A stretch of 58,064 bases of DNA from positions 1-58,064 of the forward strand of contig DHHU01000072.1 of assembly GCA_002403445.1 (NCBI GenBank), in the 5' to 3' direction. Source of the stretch: Salinisphaeraceae bacterium UBA4764. Its GTDB lineage: Bacteria > Pseudomonadota > Gammaproteobacteria > Nevskiales > Salinisphaeraceae. Under the pieces are notes generated by a model that saw only the letters and a list, made by a program, of their open reading frames with translations, had not been told where the DNA came from and did not search any database. This document shows, in pieces, positions 27,750 through 39,763 of this stretch. The translations under genes and the position numbers were made by a program. Every line of letters starts with the position of its first letter. Within the stretch, counting starts at the first letter, position 1.

Positions 27750-28462
27750 TGATGTACCTCGTCGACGTTGGCGAGACCATATTTCGCCAACGTTTGTTGA
27801 TGCGTGTCGTCGCCGACTCGAATGCCGAAACCCTTCAAGGCATTGACCGCGCGAAAACCGTCTTCGTCGGTTAGATCATCGCCAACGAATACCGGAATCC
27901 GGCCCGTGAACGGCGTATCGGCCATAAACGTTTCTATAGCGGTGCCCTTGTTACAGCCAACGGGTTTGAGTTCCAGTACAGACTTTCCGGCAACAGTCTC
28001 CAACTCATTGGGGAACTGCTTCACGATTTGGCTGGCGAAAGCGCGCACGCGCTTTGCCATTCCCGGTGCATTACGATAATGAAGGGCTATGCCGGATATC
28101 TTATCTTCAACATAGACACCGGGATGATCATGCGCCAAAGCGCGGGCCTGCACAGCGGCACGCTCGAGCGCCCTCAATTGGTCCGGTGCCCGTAGAACCC
28201 GCCCATCGGCCGCGCGGACCTGCTGGCCATGAAGGCCGGCTACGGCCAAGGCGTTGGCCCCTAAAAGGCGTTCAATGTTTTCGATAGAACGGCCGCTTAC
28301 CAAGGCTAGCGCACCGTTCAACACTTCGGCCACTTGATGTAGGCTGTTGACAAGACCAAAAACCGGCTGAACATGATCAGGGTGATCGGCTAAGTGAATC
28401 AAGGTTCCATCGACGTCCAAAAAAAGGGCCCAGTTCGAGCTGGGCTCGGGAAGATGTTGCAT
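27710..28462 (-). CDS. otsB: Trehalose-6-phosphate phosphatase
   Basis: The ATG at 28462 gives [31 protein letters not shown], which aligns with the E. coli OtsB N-terminus and HAD motif I. ALALVSGRS is motif II and GDDLTDE is motif IV. The ORF-track start at 28717 is an antisense-overlap extension. Confidence 0.85.
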   Translation of the reverse strand: MQHLPEPSSNWALFLDVDGTLIHLADHPDHVQPVFGLVNSLHQVAEVLNGALALVSGRSIENIERLLGANALAVAGLHGQQVRAADGRVLRAPDQLRALERAAVQARALAHDHPGVYVEDKISGIALHYRNAPGMAKRVRAFASQIVKQFPNELETVAGKSVLELKPVGCNKGTAIETFMADTPFTGRIPVFVGDDLTDEDGFRAVNALKGFGIRVGDDTHQQTLAKYGLANVDEVHQWLRTLTTTLGTG

Positions 28463-29945
28463 GACAGCTGAAGATAACCGTGAAACGCCGCTAAGCCAAC
28501 CCCGCTCCCACGGAATCATTATGGTTTCAAACCGGCTGCCGGTTTCGCTCAAGCGCAATGAAAACGGTGCCTGGCGGGCTGAACCGGCCTCGGGCGGGCT
28601 GATTGCAGCACTCAATCCGGTCATGCGCGAACGTGGTGGCGTCTGGATCGGCTGGCCCGGCGTGGCCGAGTCAAACACGGAAACATTGCAGGAAGCTCTC
28701 GACGAGGCGTATCGCACGAATGTCGATTACCGGCTGGATCCGGTTGCGCTGTCGGAGACCGAAATTCAAGAATTCTACGAAGGCTTTTCCAACCAGATCA
28801 TCTGGCCGCTGTTTCATAACCAGCTCTATGCCTGCAACTTTGATCCGGCATTCTGGCGCACCTACCAGACCGTCAACCAACGCTTTGCCGAGCGTGTGTG
28901 TGATGCGGCCGAGGCAGAAGATTTCATCTGGATCCATGACTATCATCTAATCAACGTCGCGGCCGGTCTACACGAACTGGGCGTCGACAATCGTATTGGC
29001 TTCTTTTTGCATATTCCGTTTCCGACGGTGGACATTTTTATCAATCTACCGTGGTGGCGCGATATGCTGTATTCATTGCTGGCATACGATTTTATCGGGC
29101 TACAGACAAAATCCGATCGTGATAATTTCATCGCCTGTATTGGCGCAATGTTCGACAGCGTTGTGCAAACGCAGAGCTCCGATTGCATCAGCCTGACGAT
29201 CGAAGATGACACGCTGCCCGAGCGTTTACGCTACGTGGGAGTCGGCGCATTAGCCATTAGCATCGACTATCCTGAGGTAACGAAAGCCGCCGGTGGCGAA
29301 GACGCCGAGTCGTTTAAGCGCACTTATCGCAAGATGTGGAGCGCGCGGCAAATTGTGTTAGGAGTCGACCGACTCGACTACACCAAGGGCCTGCCGCGCA
29401 AGTTCGAAGCCTTCCGCAATGCACTCCAGCGTTACCCCGAGCTTCGCTCCAATATTTCACTTGATCAACACGTTATTCCCTCGCGCGAGCAAGTTCCACA
29501 GTATGCCGAACAAAAAATGGAAATCGAACGGCTTGTCGGCGAAATCAACGGTGAATTAACCGAACCCGGCTGGGTACCGATTCACTACATTTTTCATCGC
29601 ATGACACCGGCCGAACTGATGGCCTACTACCGCGTCGCCGATATTGCGCTGATCACACCTTTGAAAGATGGCATGAACCTGGTCGCCAAAGAGTATTGCG
29701 CAGCCAAAGTCGATGAAACCGGCGTTTTAATTCTAAGTGAATTCGCGGGCGTGGCAGATGAGTTCGGCAGTAACGCGTTGCTGGTCAACCCCAACGATAT
29801 CGAAGCCATGGCCGACCGGATTGTGGAAGCCTACCGGATGACCGAAGATGAACGCTCAAGGCGGATGCGGCCGATGCGCAAACAGGTGCGTGACAACGAC
29901 GCGTTCAAATGGGTCGATCGTTTCCTGGCCGCTGCCGATGCCTAG
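28461..29945 (+). CDS. otsA: Alpha,alpha-trehalose-phosphate synthase (GT20)
   Basis: MVSNRLP...ASGGLIAAL aligns with E. coli OtsA VVVSNRIAPP...SAGGLAVG, and GT20 motifs run throughout. The start is either the ATG at 28461 or the ATG at 28521 (MVSNRLP). Confidence 0.9.
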   Translation: MTAEDNRETPLSQPRSHGIIMVSNRLPVSLKRNENGAWRAEPASGGLIAALNPVMRERGGVWIGWPGVAESNTETLQEALDEAYRTNVDYRLDPVALSETEIQEFYEGFSNQIIWPLFHNQLYACNFDPAFWRTYQTVNQRFAERVCDAAEAEDFIWIHDYHLINVAAGLHELGVDNRIGFFLHIPFPTVDIFINLPWWRDMLYSLLAYDFIGLQTKSDRDNFIACIGAMFDSVVQTQSSDCISLTIEDDTLPERLRYVGVGALAISIDYPEVTKAAGGEDAESFKRTYRKMWSARQIVLGVDRLDYTKGLPRKFEAFRNALQRYPELRSNISLDQHVIPSREQVPQYAEQKMEIERLVGEINGELTEPGWVPIHYIFHRMTPAELMAYYRVADIALITPLKDGMNLVAKEYCAAKVDETGVLILSEFAGVADEFGSNALLVNPNDIEAMADRIVEAYRMTEDERSRRMRPMRKQVRDNDAFKWVDRFLAAADA

Positions 29946-29970
29946 CGTTAAAAAAATCGCGCGTGCAGTT

Positions 29971-32492
<2,522 letters not shown>

Positions 32493-32529
32493 TATGTTCC
32501 TGCTTTGAGCCGTAATTAGAGTGTGGTTT

Positions 32530-32718
32530 TCAAGTGATGAACTGCAAGGCAACCAGCCCAGTAACCACTAACGCACCGCCGAAAAGACGAATGCGCGATG
32601 TATCAGCTTCGGTTAATTGCGCCAGTGTCTCACGCCACCGTACCGGCGCCAGCAGCGGCATCAAGCCTTCAATTACGCATACGAGCGCCAGCGCTCGAAA
32701 TAAATCGGTCCATTCCAC
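32530..32718 (-). CDS. yjeT: DUF2065 small membrane protein (YjeT-like)
   Basis: 62-aa two-TM protein (ALALVCVIEGLMPLLAP...FGGALVVTGLVALQFI) immediately downstream of hflC, as in E. coli. Confidence 0.75.
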   Translation of the reverse strand: MEWTDLFRALALVCVIEGLMPLLAPVRWRETLAQLTEADTSRIRLFGGALVVTGLVALQFIT

Positions 32719-32724
32719 GCTTGA

Positions 32725-33639
32725 CTACGGTTTATTAGACGCAGAAGTGGCCTGATTCGAGGCACTAGGTTTCGGTGATACCGGGGACGGATTGAAATAT
32801 TTGAACAGTTGCCCTGTCGGCCGCAATAGTAGTAAATCACCCGAGCCAATATTATTGCGATACACCTTCAGACTTCGATAGAAATTGTAGAAACTCGGAT
32901 TTTTCTGGTAAGCCTTGGCGTAAATTTTGGCTGCCTTTGCATCTCCGGCACCTTTGAGTTTTTGGGCCTTCCGATAAGCCTTAGCCAGAATCTCAGTTTT
33001 AGCGCGCCGCGCATCGGCCCGAATTTCTTGGCCGGCCGCATCGCCCTGGGCACGTAGAGCCTTGATCACTTCTTGGCGTTTCGAACGCATGCGCTCGTAC
33101 ACCGACTGGCTGACCTGTTTAGGCAAGTTCATTTTCATGATACGCACATCTTTGACATACATGCCGTATTTCTTAGCGTCTTTGTTCACTTGAACCTGAA
33201 CCGCCGCCAGAATCTGATTGCGCTGACTGCCCACGGCTTGCTCGATCGTACGCTTGGAAAATGCTGATAAAAGATCGTTTTTGATCAAATCGGTTAACAA
33301 ACCCTGCGCGTTTTGTGAGGTGCCGTGCGTCGACAAGTAAAACTGAACGGTGTCATTAATGCGCCACTTAACGTAATAATTAACCGAGAGGTTTTTGTTC
33401 TCGGAAGTTAGGACGCGCTTGATGTTGCCGGTCAAAGACCTCAGTCGCTTATCAAACTCATGAACATGCTGAATGAACGGTTTTTTAAAATGTAGCCCCG
33501 GCTGGTAATTCGTACCGACAATGTTGCCCATCTGCACCAGTACAACTCTTTCTCGGGGCGTAACGACGAAATACGAATTATAGGCGATGACTATCGCGAT
33601 CAGAGCGATAATCAGGCCACCGATCTGTTTACCCGTCAT
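32725..33639 (-). CDS. hflC: FtsH protease modulator HflC (SPFH/band-7)
   Basis: N-terminal TM followed by an SPFH domain. The ATGA overlap with the hflK stop fits the conserved hflK-hflC pairing. Confidence 0.9.
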   Translation of the reverse strand: MTGKQIGGLIIALIAIVIAYNSYFVVTPRERVVLVQMGNIVGTNYQPGLHFKKPFIQHVHEFDKRLRSLTGNIKRVLTSENKNLSVNYYVKWRINDTVQFYLSTHGTSQNAQGLLTDLIKNDLLSAFSKRTIEQAVGSQRNQILAAVQVQVNKDAKKYGMYVKDVRIMKMNLPKQVSQSVYERMRSKRQEVIKALRAQGDAAGQEIRADARRAKTEILAKAYRKAQKLKGAGDAKAAKIYAKAYQKNPSFYNFYRSLKVYRNNIGSGDLLLLRPTGQLFKYFNPSPVSPKPSASNQATSASNKP

Positions 33640-35090
33640 CGGTTGCGATTCCGGTTTCGAAGATTATTGTTCATCAATTGACTCGCCGACTCACTGCTCC
33701 CCGACGATGAATTGCTACCGCTCTGAGACTGAGAATTAGACTGTGAATGAGTCTGAGAATGAGACTTTGACTGAGATTTAGACTGTGACTTCGAGTTGCC
33801 ATTGCTCGACCCACCGTTGCTGCCAAACTCATCCTTGTTGGCCTCTTTGGCGGCCTGTCGGTTTTTCTCACCCGCTGTTTCGCTCGACAAAATCTGCTTC
33901 AAGGGCAGATAGTTCATTGAACTCTGCCCCCCGCTGTTGAGAATCATATGGCTATTGCCCAGCACGGTGCCCATTGTCTGAAGATAGAGGCGTTCATGCG
34001 TGACAGCCGGTGCCTTCTGATATTGTTTATCGAGTTTGGCAAAGCGCGCTGCATCACCCTTGGCACGTTGCACTTTGCGCTGTTTGTAAGCTTTAGCCTT
34101 GGCCACGCGCTGGGCTTTTTCACCCTTAGCTCGTGCGACCAGAGAACGCGCATAGGCTCGAGCCTTGTTTTTCTTGCTGACTTTTTGTTCACGCGCCTTG
34201 ATAGCTTCCTCGAATGCGTGTTGCACCTGTTCCGGGGGCTGGGCATATTTGACATTGACCGCAACGATATCAATCCCGGTTTCATACTTGTTCAGCCGAT
34301 ATTGCATCAGTTTGCGGATATTGCTGTGCAAAGTCGCGCGTGATCGATTGGTGATCTGAGGTTGTTGATGCACGTGCTTCTTGATTTGATGCACGACTTT
34401 TTTGTTCATGCCAGACAACGGCGACTTTTTATGTTGTTTCTTTTTCTTGTGCTTTTTTAGATTAACTTTCTTGCCGGTCTCATTCTTGAGACGCTTAACA
34501 GCTACGCCTTCCTGTATGACTTGGTTCATGCTGCTGTTGCCCACGACTTCACGTACCGACGAGCGCAGCACTTGCAACACTGTGGCATCCGGCCCTCGCA
34601 CGCGGAATAGATAGTGCATGGCGTTGGACACGCGGTATTGCACTGCCACTTCCACGTCAACATAGTTTTCGTGCTTGGTCAGCATTACCGCGCGGTTACT
34701 TGCGCTGCGGACTTTTTGCGTATCGACCTTGAAGACACTATCGATTGGATACGGCAACCGCCAATGCCAGCCGGGACCAGAAGTATGCGTGTAAGCCCCG
34801 AAACGCAAGAGAACACCTTTTTCACCGGGCTGGACGACATACAACCCAGTCAGGAGCCAGATTACCAACCCGATACCAATAATACCGAGCAACAAAGCGC
34901 CACTTAAGCCCGGTGATCCGTTGCCACCGCCATTATTGGAATTGCGGCCTCCACCGGTACCACGGGTCAACTTATCGCGAATACGGCGCCAGATTTCGTC
35001 CAGATCGGGTGGGCCGCCGCCGCTATTATTCCCGCCACCGCCGGACCAGGGGTTTTTGTTACCCCCGCCGCCAGGCTCGTTCCAAGCCAT
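33636..35090 (-). CDS. hflK: FtsH protease modulator HflK (SPFH/band-7) with atypical Lys-rich insertion and Ser-rich tail
   Basis: Gly/Asn-rich N-terminus, one TM, and an SPFH domain (VVQPGEKGVLLRFG..., ERLYLQTMGTVLGN). Its start overlaps the hflX stop (TAATG). Confidence 0.9.
   Translation of the reverse strand: MAWNEPGGGGNKNPWSGGGGNNSGGGPPDLDEIWRRIRDKLTRGTGGGRNSNNGGGNGSPGLSGALLLGIIGIGLVIWLLTGLYVVQPGEKGVLLRFGAYTHTSGPGWHWRLPYPIDSVFKVDTQKVRSASNRAVMLTKHENYVDVEVAVQYRVSNAMHYLFRVRGPDATVLQVLRSSVREVVGNSSMNQVIQEGVAVKRLKNETGKKVNLKKHKKKKQHKKSPLSGMNKKVVHQIKKHVHQQPQITNRSRATLHSNIRKLMQYRLNKYETGIDIVAVNVKYAQPPEQVQHAFEEAIKAREQKVSKKNKARAYARSLVARAKGEKAQRVAKAKAYKQRKVQRAKGDAARFAKLDKQYQKAPAVTHERLYLQTMGTVLGNSHMILNSGGQSSMNYLPLKQILSSETAGEKNRQAAKEANKDEFGSNGGSSNGNSKSQSKSQSKSHSQTHSQSNSQSQSGSNSSSGSSESASQLMNNNLRNRNRNR
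33717..33797 (-). repeat. Imperfect hexanucleotide (TCN-CAG/AAR) coding repeat inside the hflK 3' end
   Basis: Encodes SKSQSKSQSKSHSQTHSQSNSQSQSG. The plus strand reads ctgagactgagaattagactgtgaatgagtctgagaatgagactttgactgagatttagactgtgac. Confidence 0.7.
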
Positions 35091-36523
35091 TAATTAATAT
35101 CCTGCCTAATGTGGGCTGTAATTCTATCGGCCGCCCCGCGCCCTGTCGAACCACCTACTGTCGAATCAGCCTTACAACCCCCCTCATCGTAACGATCATC
35201 GGTCCGCTTAGGGTCTTGAACCCCAAAACCACGATCATTGGAGACTCGCAATTTTCGGAGAGAAGTTCCGGCATGTTCCGCTGCGCGTTCCAGATCACGC
35301 TGCGAGGCCGTGACTTCGAGAGTTAGGTTGCCATCTGGCGTCAACGTTTCGGTCTCGACGTGGCCCAGTTGATAGATTTCCGACCTGAGCCGACCGGCAC
35401 TCGCTGGAATTTCGACACGGGCAAACCTCACGTCCGGACGGCATCGACGTGCCAACGCATCGCGTAGAGCTTCGAGTCCGCTGCCAGAAATAGCCGACAC
35501 ATAAGCCTTTACCGGTTGCCCGGCAGCGTCGTTTTCGATTGCCGGCTCACGACCCGGAATTTGGTCAATCTTGTTGTAGACAGTCATCACTGGGATATCA
35601 CCGGCGCCGATTTCGTCCAGTACTGCGTCGACTTCACGCATTTGATCACGCCGCTCGGGGTTGGCGGCGTCTACCACGTGGAGCAACAAATCCGCTTCGC
35701 GGGTTTGTTCGAGGGTTGATCGGAATGCAGCGATCAACTCGTGCGGCAAATCGCGGATGAATCCAACAGTATCGCTTACGATCAGGGGTTCACCCAATGT
35801 CACCGGCATCCGCCGCAACATGGGGTCGAGCGTCGCGAAAAGTTTGTCTGCGGTAAACGCGGTGGTGTCAGTCAAGGCATTGAACAAAGTGGACTTTCCT
35901 GCGTTGGTGTAGCCGACCATCGACACGAGCGGATTGCTCACTTGACGACGCGCGGAGGCACTCTGGTCCCGCTGCACACGTACTTTGTCTAGTCGTTTCT
36001 GGAGTAGTGCAATACGATCGGCAACCAAACGCCGATCCACTTCCAGCTGGGTTTCACCCGGTCCGCGCAGGCCAATACCACCTTTTTGCCGCTCTAGATG
36101 CGACCAGCCCCGAACCAACCGAGTGGCTAGATGCCGCAGTTGCGCCAGCTCAACCTGCAACTTGCCTTCATGGGAACGGGCCCGACGCGAAAAAATATCG
36201 AGAATCAGGCCCGAACGATCAAGTACCCGGGCGCCTAGGCGCTTCTCTAGGTTGCGTTCTTGGCTAGGTGTCAAATCGTGGTTGAATACAGCGAGAGCCG
36301 CGTTGTTTTCCTGTATCGCAGACGCAATTTCGTCGGCTTTGCCCCCACCAACAAAATACCGCGGATCCGGTGTCAAACGGCTGCCACCAATATGCGCCCG
36401 GACGTCAGCGTCAGCCGAACGCACCAGTTCACGGAATTCTCTATCGGCTTCGGCGTAGGCTCGGTCGCCAAACGCCAAATGGACAATTACGGCGGTTTGT
36501 CCGCTCGCCGGACGCTCAAACAC
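35090..36523 (-). CDS. hflX: Ribosome-associated GTPase HflX
   Basis: G1 motif GYTNAGKSTLFNALT, G3 motif DTVGF, and an N-terminal HflX domain. Sits in hfq-hflX-hflK order. The roughly 45-aa C-terminal tail is not recognisably conserved. Confidence 0.92.
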   Translation of the reverse strand: MFERPASGQTAVIVHLAFGDRAYAEADREFRELVRSADADVRAHIGGSRLTPDPRYFVGGGKADEIASAIQENNAALAVFNHDLTPSQERNLEKRLGARVLDRSGLILDIFSRRARSHEGKLQVELAQLRHLATRLVRGWSHLERQKGGIGLRGPGETQLEVDRRLVADRIALLQKRLDKVRVQRDQSASARRQVSNPLVSMVGYTNAGKSTLFNALTDTTAFTADKLFATLDPMLRRMPVTLGEPLIVSDTVGFIRDLPHELIAAFRSTLEQTREADLLLHVVDAANPERRDQMREVDAVLDEIGAGDIPVMTVYNKIDQIPGREPAIENDAAGQPVKAYVSAISGSGLEALRDALARRCRPDVRFARVEIPASAGRLRSEIYQLGHVETETLTPDGNLTLEVTASQRDLERAAEHAGTSLRKLRVSNDRGFGVQDPKRTDDRYDEGGCKADSTVGGSTGRGAADRITAHIRQDIN

Positions 36524-36549
36524 GGCGCAGCAACTGATTCATCAAATGT

Positions 36550-36804
36550 TCAGCGCAGCTCGTGATCGGCCGAAAGTTCGGCACCATCAGTTTCCATACG
36601 GACATTACGCGCTGGAACGATGGTCGATATCGCGTGCTTGTAGACCATCTGACTGACTTCATTGCGCAGCAATACGACGAATGAATCAAATGATTCGATC
36701 TGCCCCTGCAACTTGATGCCATTGACCAAGTATATCGAAACCTGGACGCGCTCTTTGCGCAATGTATTGAGAAACGGTTCTTGTAGGGACTGGACTTTCG
36801 CCAT
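36550..36804 (-). CDS. hfq: RNA chaperone Hfq
   Basis: The ATG at 36804 gives [46 protein letters not shown], which is near-identical to the canonical Hfq Sm1/Sm2 motifs. Confidence 0.96.
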   Translation of the reverse strand: MAKVQSLQEPFLNTLRKERVQVSIYLVNGIKLQGQIESFDSFVVLLRNEVSQMVYKHAISTIVPARNVRMETDGAELSADHELR

Positions 36805-36868
36805 GCTGCAGCTCCTTGAAAACATTTACTCGCTAAATAATACCGCGTCTTGGGAGTTAACCTATTAT

Positions 36869-37828
36869 TTAACGAAAAGAAAAACGATCAATCGACTCAA
36901 TCACCCGCTTTCGATTGCCGGCACACCCGCTATGCAACCAGATCGCATCTTTCTGGGCTCGTAGCCATGTCAATTGGCGCTTAGCCAATTGACGTGTTGC
37001 TGTTTTAGCACGTTCAACCCCTTCGGTTATCGATAGGTTATCTGCCACCACCGGCCAGAGTTGCCGATATCCGACAGCCCTGGCAGCTGCGTTGTTCTCA
37101 GAGATCTTCGGATTTTCCACCAGCCTTTCAACCTCTTGTAAAAAATTATTTGCCATCATCTGCATCAATCGTTGATTAATCCGCTCATGCAGCGCTGCTC
37201 GACTGTCAGGAGCGATAACAATCTTGCAGTGTCGGTTGCCTAGTATGGATCCCGATTCAGTGGATCGAGTCGAAGCTCGCAAGCTGCTCGGTGGCCGACC
37301 TGTGACACGTACTATCTCCAAAGCGCGCTCGATACGTTGTTGATCGTTGGGATGGATCTGGCGGGCGCGCAGTTCGTCGAGTTCCGCCAGTTGGGCGTGC
37401 AGTGCGGGCCAACCAAGGCGCGCCGCCTCTGATTGAATCTCGGCGCGTATGGCTGGATCGCGTCCTGGCAAATCACTCAAACCGAATTCAAGCGCGCGAA
37501 AATATAGGGCGGTGCCTCCGGTTAGAATCATCGGCCGGCCGGCCGCGCGCAGACGTTTGATTTCAGCTTGCGCATCGTTGCAAAACTCCGCAGCCGAATA
37601 GTCCTGCCAAGGCTCACGTATGTCGATAAGGGAATGCGGAACACGACTGCGTGTAGAGATAGCAGGCTTGGCTGTTCCGATGTCCATGCCGCGATAGACC
37701 ATCGCCGAGTCGACAGAGATGATTTCGGCGTTCAATGTCTGGGCCACCTGTACGGCCAGCTCACTCTTCCCCGAGGCGGTGGGCCCCAGCAGAAAAATGA
37801 CTGGCGGTTCCTGATTCCAGCTGCTCAT
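36869..37828 (-). CDS. miaA: tRNA dimethylallyltransferase
   Basis: P-loop LLGPTASGKSELAV and the DSAMVYRGMDIGTAKP motif. ATGA overlap with the mutL stop. Confidence 0.93.
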   Translation of the reverse strand: MSSWNQEPPVIFLLGPTASGKSELAVQVAQTLNAEIISVDSAMVYRGMDIGTAKPAISTRSRVPHSLIDIREPWQDYSAAEFCNDAQAEIKRLRAAGRPMILTGGTALYFRALEFGLSDLPGRDPAIRAEIQSEAARLGWPALHAQLAELDELRARQIHPNDQQRIERALEIVRVTGRPPSSLRASTRSTESGSILGNRHCKIVIAPDSRAALHERINQRLMQMMANNFLQEVERLVENPKISENNAAARAVGYRQLWPVVADNLSITEGVERAKTATRQLAKRQLTWLRAQKDAIWLHSGCAGNRKRVIESIDRFSFR

Positions 37829-39672
37829 CGACCGCGCATAAAAAGCCGATCCAGTCCCGTGCGGTCGACTTGCACCCAGCTGGGCCGGCCGTGATTACAG
37901 TGACCTGCGTGATGGGTGTGAGCCATGTCACGAAGCAGCTGATTCATTTCGACAAGCGTCAGTCGACGGCCAGCCTTGATCGCGGCTTTGCACCCCATAT
38001 CGGCAAGCACACCGTCGACGGCGTCACGCACATGTCGATCCACGTTTTCGGCGCCGCCGGCTACCCCATCGACAGTCAATTGACTGATTAAGTCTTGGGC
38101 CAAGCTAAGATAATCCTGCTCCGCCAAAAGTCTGGGTACGGTAGTAATGCGGGCTTCATCGGGGCCACTGGGCATTATTTCAAAACCGAGGGAGGCCAAC
38201 GTACTGGCATGTTGCTCCAATAGCTCGGTGGTGCCGGGCGCTAAATCGATCGAAGCAGGCATCAAGAGTCGCGACGAGGCCAACGCACCGCAAGAATATT
38301 CGGCCTTGAGCTTTTCATAGATGATGCGTTCATGTGCCGCGTGCATGTCGACCACAACCAAGCCGTCATCGTTTTCAGCAAGAATAAACAGGTCGTGAAG
38401 CTGCCCCAGCGCGTGTCCGAGTGTATCGTCACTCGTTGTGACGCGCGCCTTGATCGCAGACTCCTCGGCCACCCCGCTTGGTTGTGCTGGCATTTGAAAG
38501 CAATATTGGGCGATGTAAGCATCTGATGCGGATTGTGAAGCCGAAATGCCATTCGGCCGGCTATTGCCAGTCTGATTTGAGGCATCGGCTTTGAGTACCG
38601 CCGAATGGCCGGAGACACGCCCGCTCAGCTTCGATCGCTCGGTTACCGGCAAATCGGTGGTTCGTGCGTCGTTGACCACATTATCGCTGCCGGCCAGCGC
38701 ACGCCCGACGCTGCGGCGGACAAATTCATGCACGAGGCGACTGGAACGGAAACGGATTTCCGATTTGGCGGGGTGAGCGTTGACGTCGACCGACGCCGGA
38801 TCCAAGTCAAGATACAAGATGAAAGCAGGATGGCGCTGGCTATGCAGCAAATCCCGATAAGCCTCACCTACGGCGTGATTGATCAACGGGTCTCGCACCG
38901 GTCGATCATTGACAAAACAATACTGCAGGTCGCGACTGGCCCGGGTCAGCCCAGGTGTGGCGAGCCAACCAGACAGACGCATACCGTCAACGTATTCATC
39001 CAGCGCAACGGCATATTGCATGAACGCCGACCCCAAGATCTCGGCAGCTCGTGCTTTCGCAGCCGAACCATCCGAAGCCGGCGCTAAGGATAACCGAGTC
39101 CGGCCGTCGTGGATAAGCCGAAACCCCACGTCGAAGCGCGACAGCGCCAGTTGATTGAACACCCGCCTTACGTGACGGAATTCGGTTGCGGGTGTCTTTA
39201 GAAATTTGCGCCGGGCCGGCACCCGGCTAAACAAATCCAGCACCTCACAGCGCGTCCCCGGTTCGAGTCCAGCTGGGCGAATGGCATCAGGTGCGCTCGC
39301 CTCTATCGTGGCTCCCCGACGGGCATCTGGCGGTCGCGAACTCAGACGTACGCCGGCGACGCTAGCTATACTGGCCAGCGCTTCTCCCCGAAATCCCAAC
39401 GTGGGTACCGCCTCAAGTGCAGACAGACTGTCGATCTTGCTGGTGGCGTGACGCGTGAGCGCAAGCCTGAGCTCGGATGCACCGATACCCCACCCGTCAT
39501 CGCTGACGCCGATATATCGAAGACCGCCCTGCTCGATTTCTACACGAATCGATGTGGCCTCGGCGTCAAGACTATTTTCCATCAATTCCTTGACCACCGA
39601 GGCTGGCCGTTCGATGACCTCACCCGCAGCAATCTGGCTGATTAACGGGTCGTCCAGGTAATGAATCGACAT
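37825..39672 (-). CDS. mutL: DNA mismatch repair endonuclease/ATPase MutL
   Basis: The ATG at 39672 gives MSIHYLDDPLISQIAAGEVIERPASVVKELMENSLDA, the GHKL ATPase motif I. The C-terminal dimerisation domain is present. Confidence 0.93.
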   Translation of the reverse strand: MSIHYLDDPLISQIAAGEVIERPASVVKELMENSLDAEATSIRVEIEQGGLRYIGVSDDGWGIGASELRLALTRHATSKIDSLSALEAVPTLGFRGEALASIASVAGVRLSSRPPDARRGATIEASAPDAIRPAGLEPGTRCEVLDLFSRVPARRKFLKTPATEFRHVRRVFNQLALSRFDVGFRLIHDGRTRLSLAPASDGSAAKARAAEILGSAFMQYAVALDEYVDGMRLSGWLATPGLTRASRDLQYCFVNDRPVRDPLINHAVGEAYRDLLHSQRHPAFILYLDLDPASVDVNAHPAKSEIRFRSSRLVHEFVRRSVGRALAGSDNVVNDARTTDLPVTERSKLSGRVSGHSAVLKADASNQTGNSRPNGISASQSASDAYIAQYCFQMPAQPSGVAEESAIKARVTTSDDTLGHALGQLHDLFILAENDDGLVVVDMHAAHERIIYEKLKAEYSCGALASSRLLMPASIDLAPGTTELLEQHASTLASLGFEIMPSGPDEARITTVPRLLAEQDYLSLAQDLISQLTVDGVAGGAENVDRHVRDAVDGVLADMGCKAAIKAGRRLTLVEMNQLLRDMAHTHHAGHCNHGRPSWVQVDRTGLDRLFMRGR

Positions 39673-39763
39673 GTATCCCAATAAATAGCAAAAGGGTTGA
39701 ACTACAAGTATAACGATCGGTGTTTTCTTGACTCATTCAAAAAAACAACGGACAATTTTGCTC

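Noticed and set aside
27710-28717. ORF-track N-terminal extensions: otsB to 28717, dabA to 14944, dnaX to 10484, sucA to 48593, galU to 49609, purA to 31305, pgsA to 51558, and PCD to 7142.
   Set aside because: The extended parts lack homology to the respective families. They overlap neighbouring genes or the opposite-strand partner. Internal starts give N-termini colinear with known orthologues.
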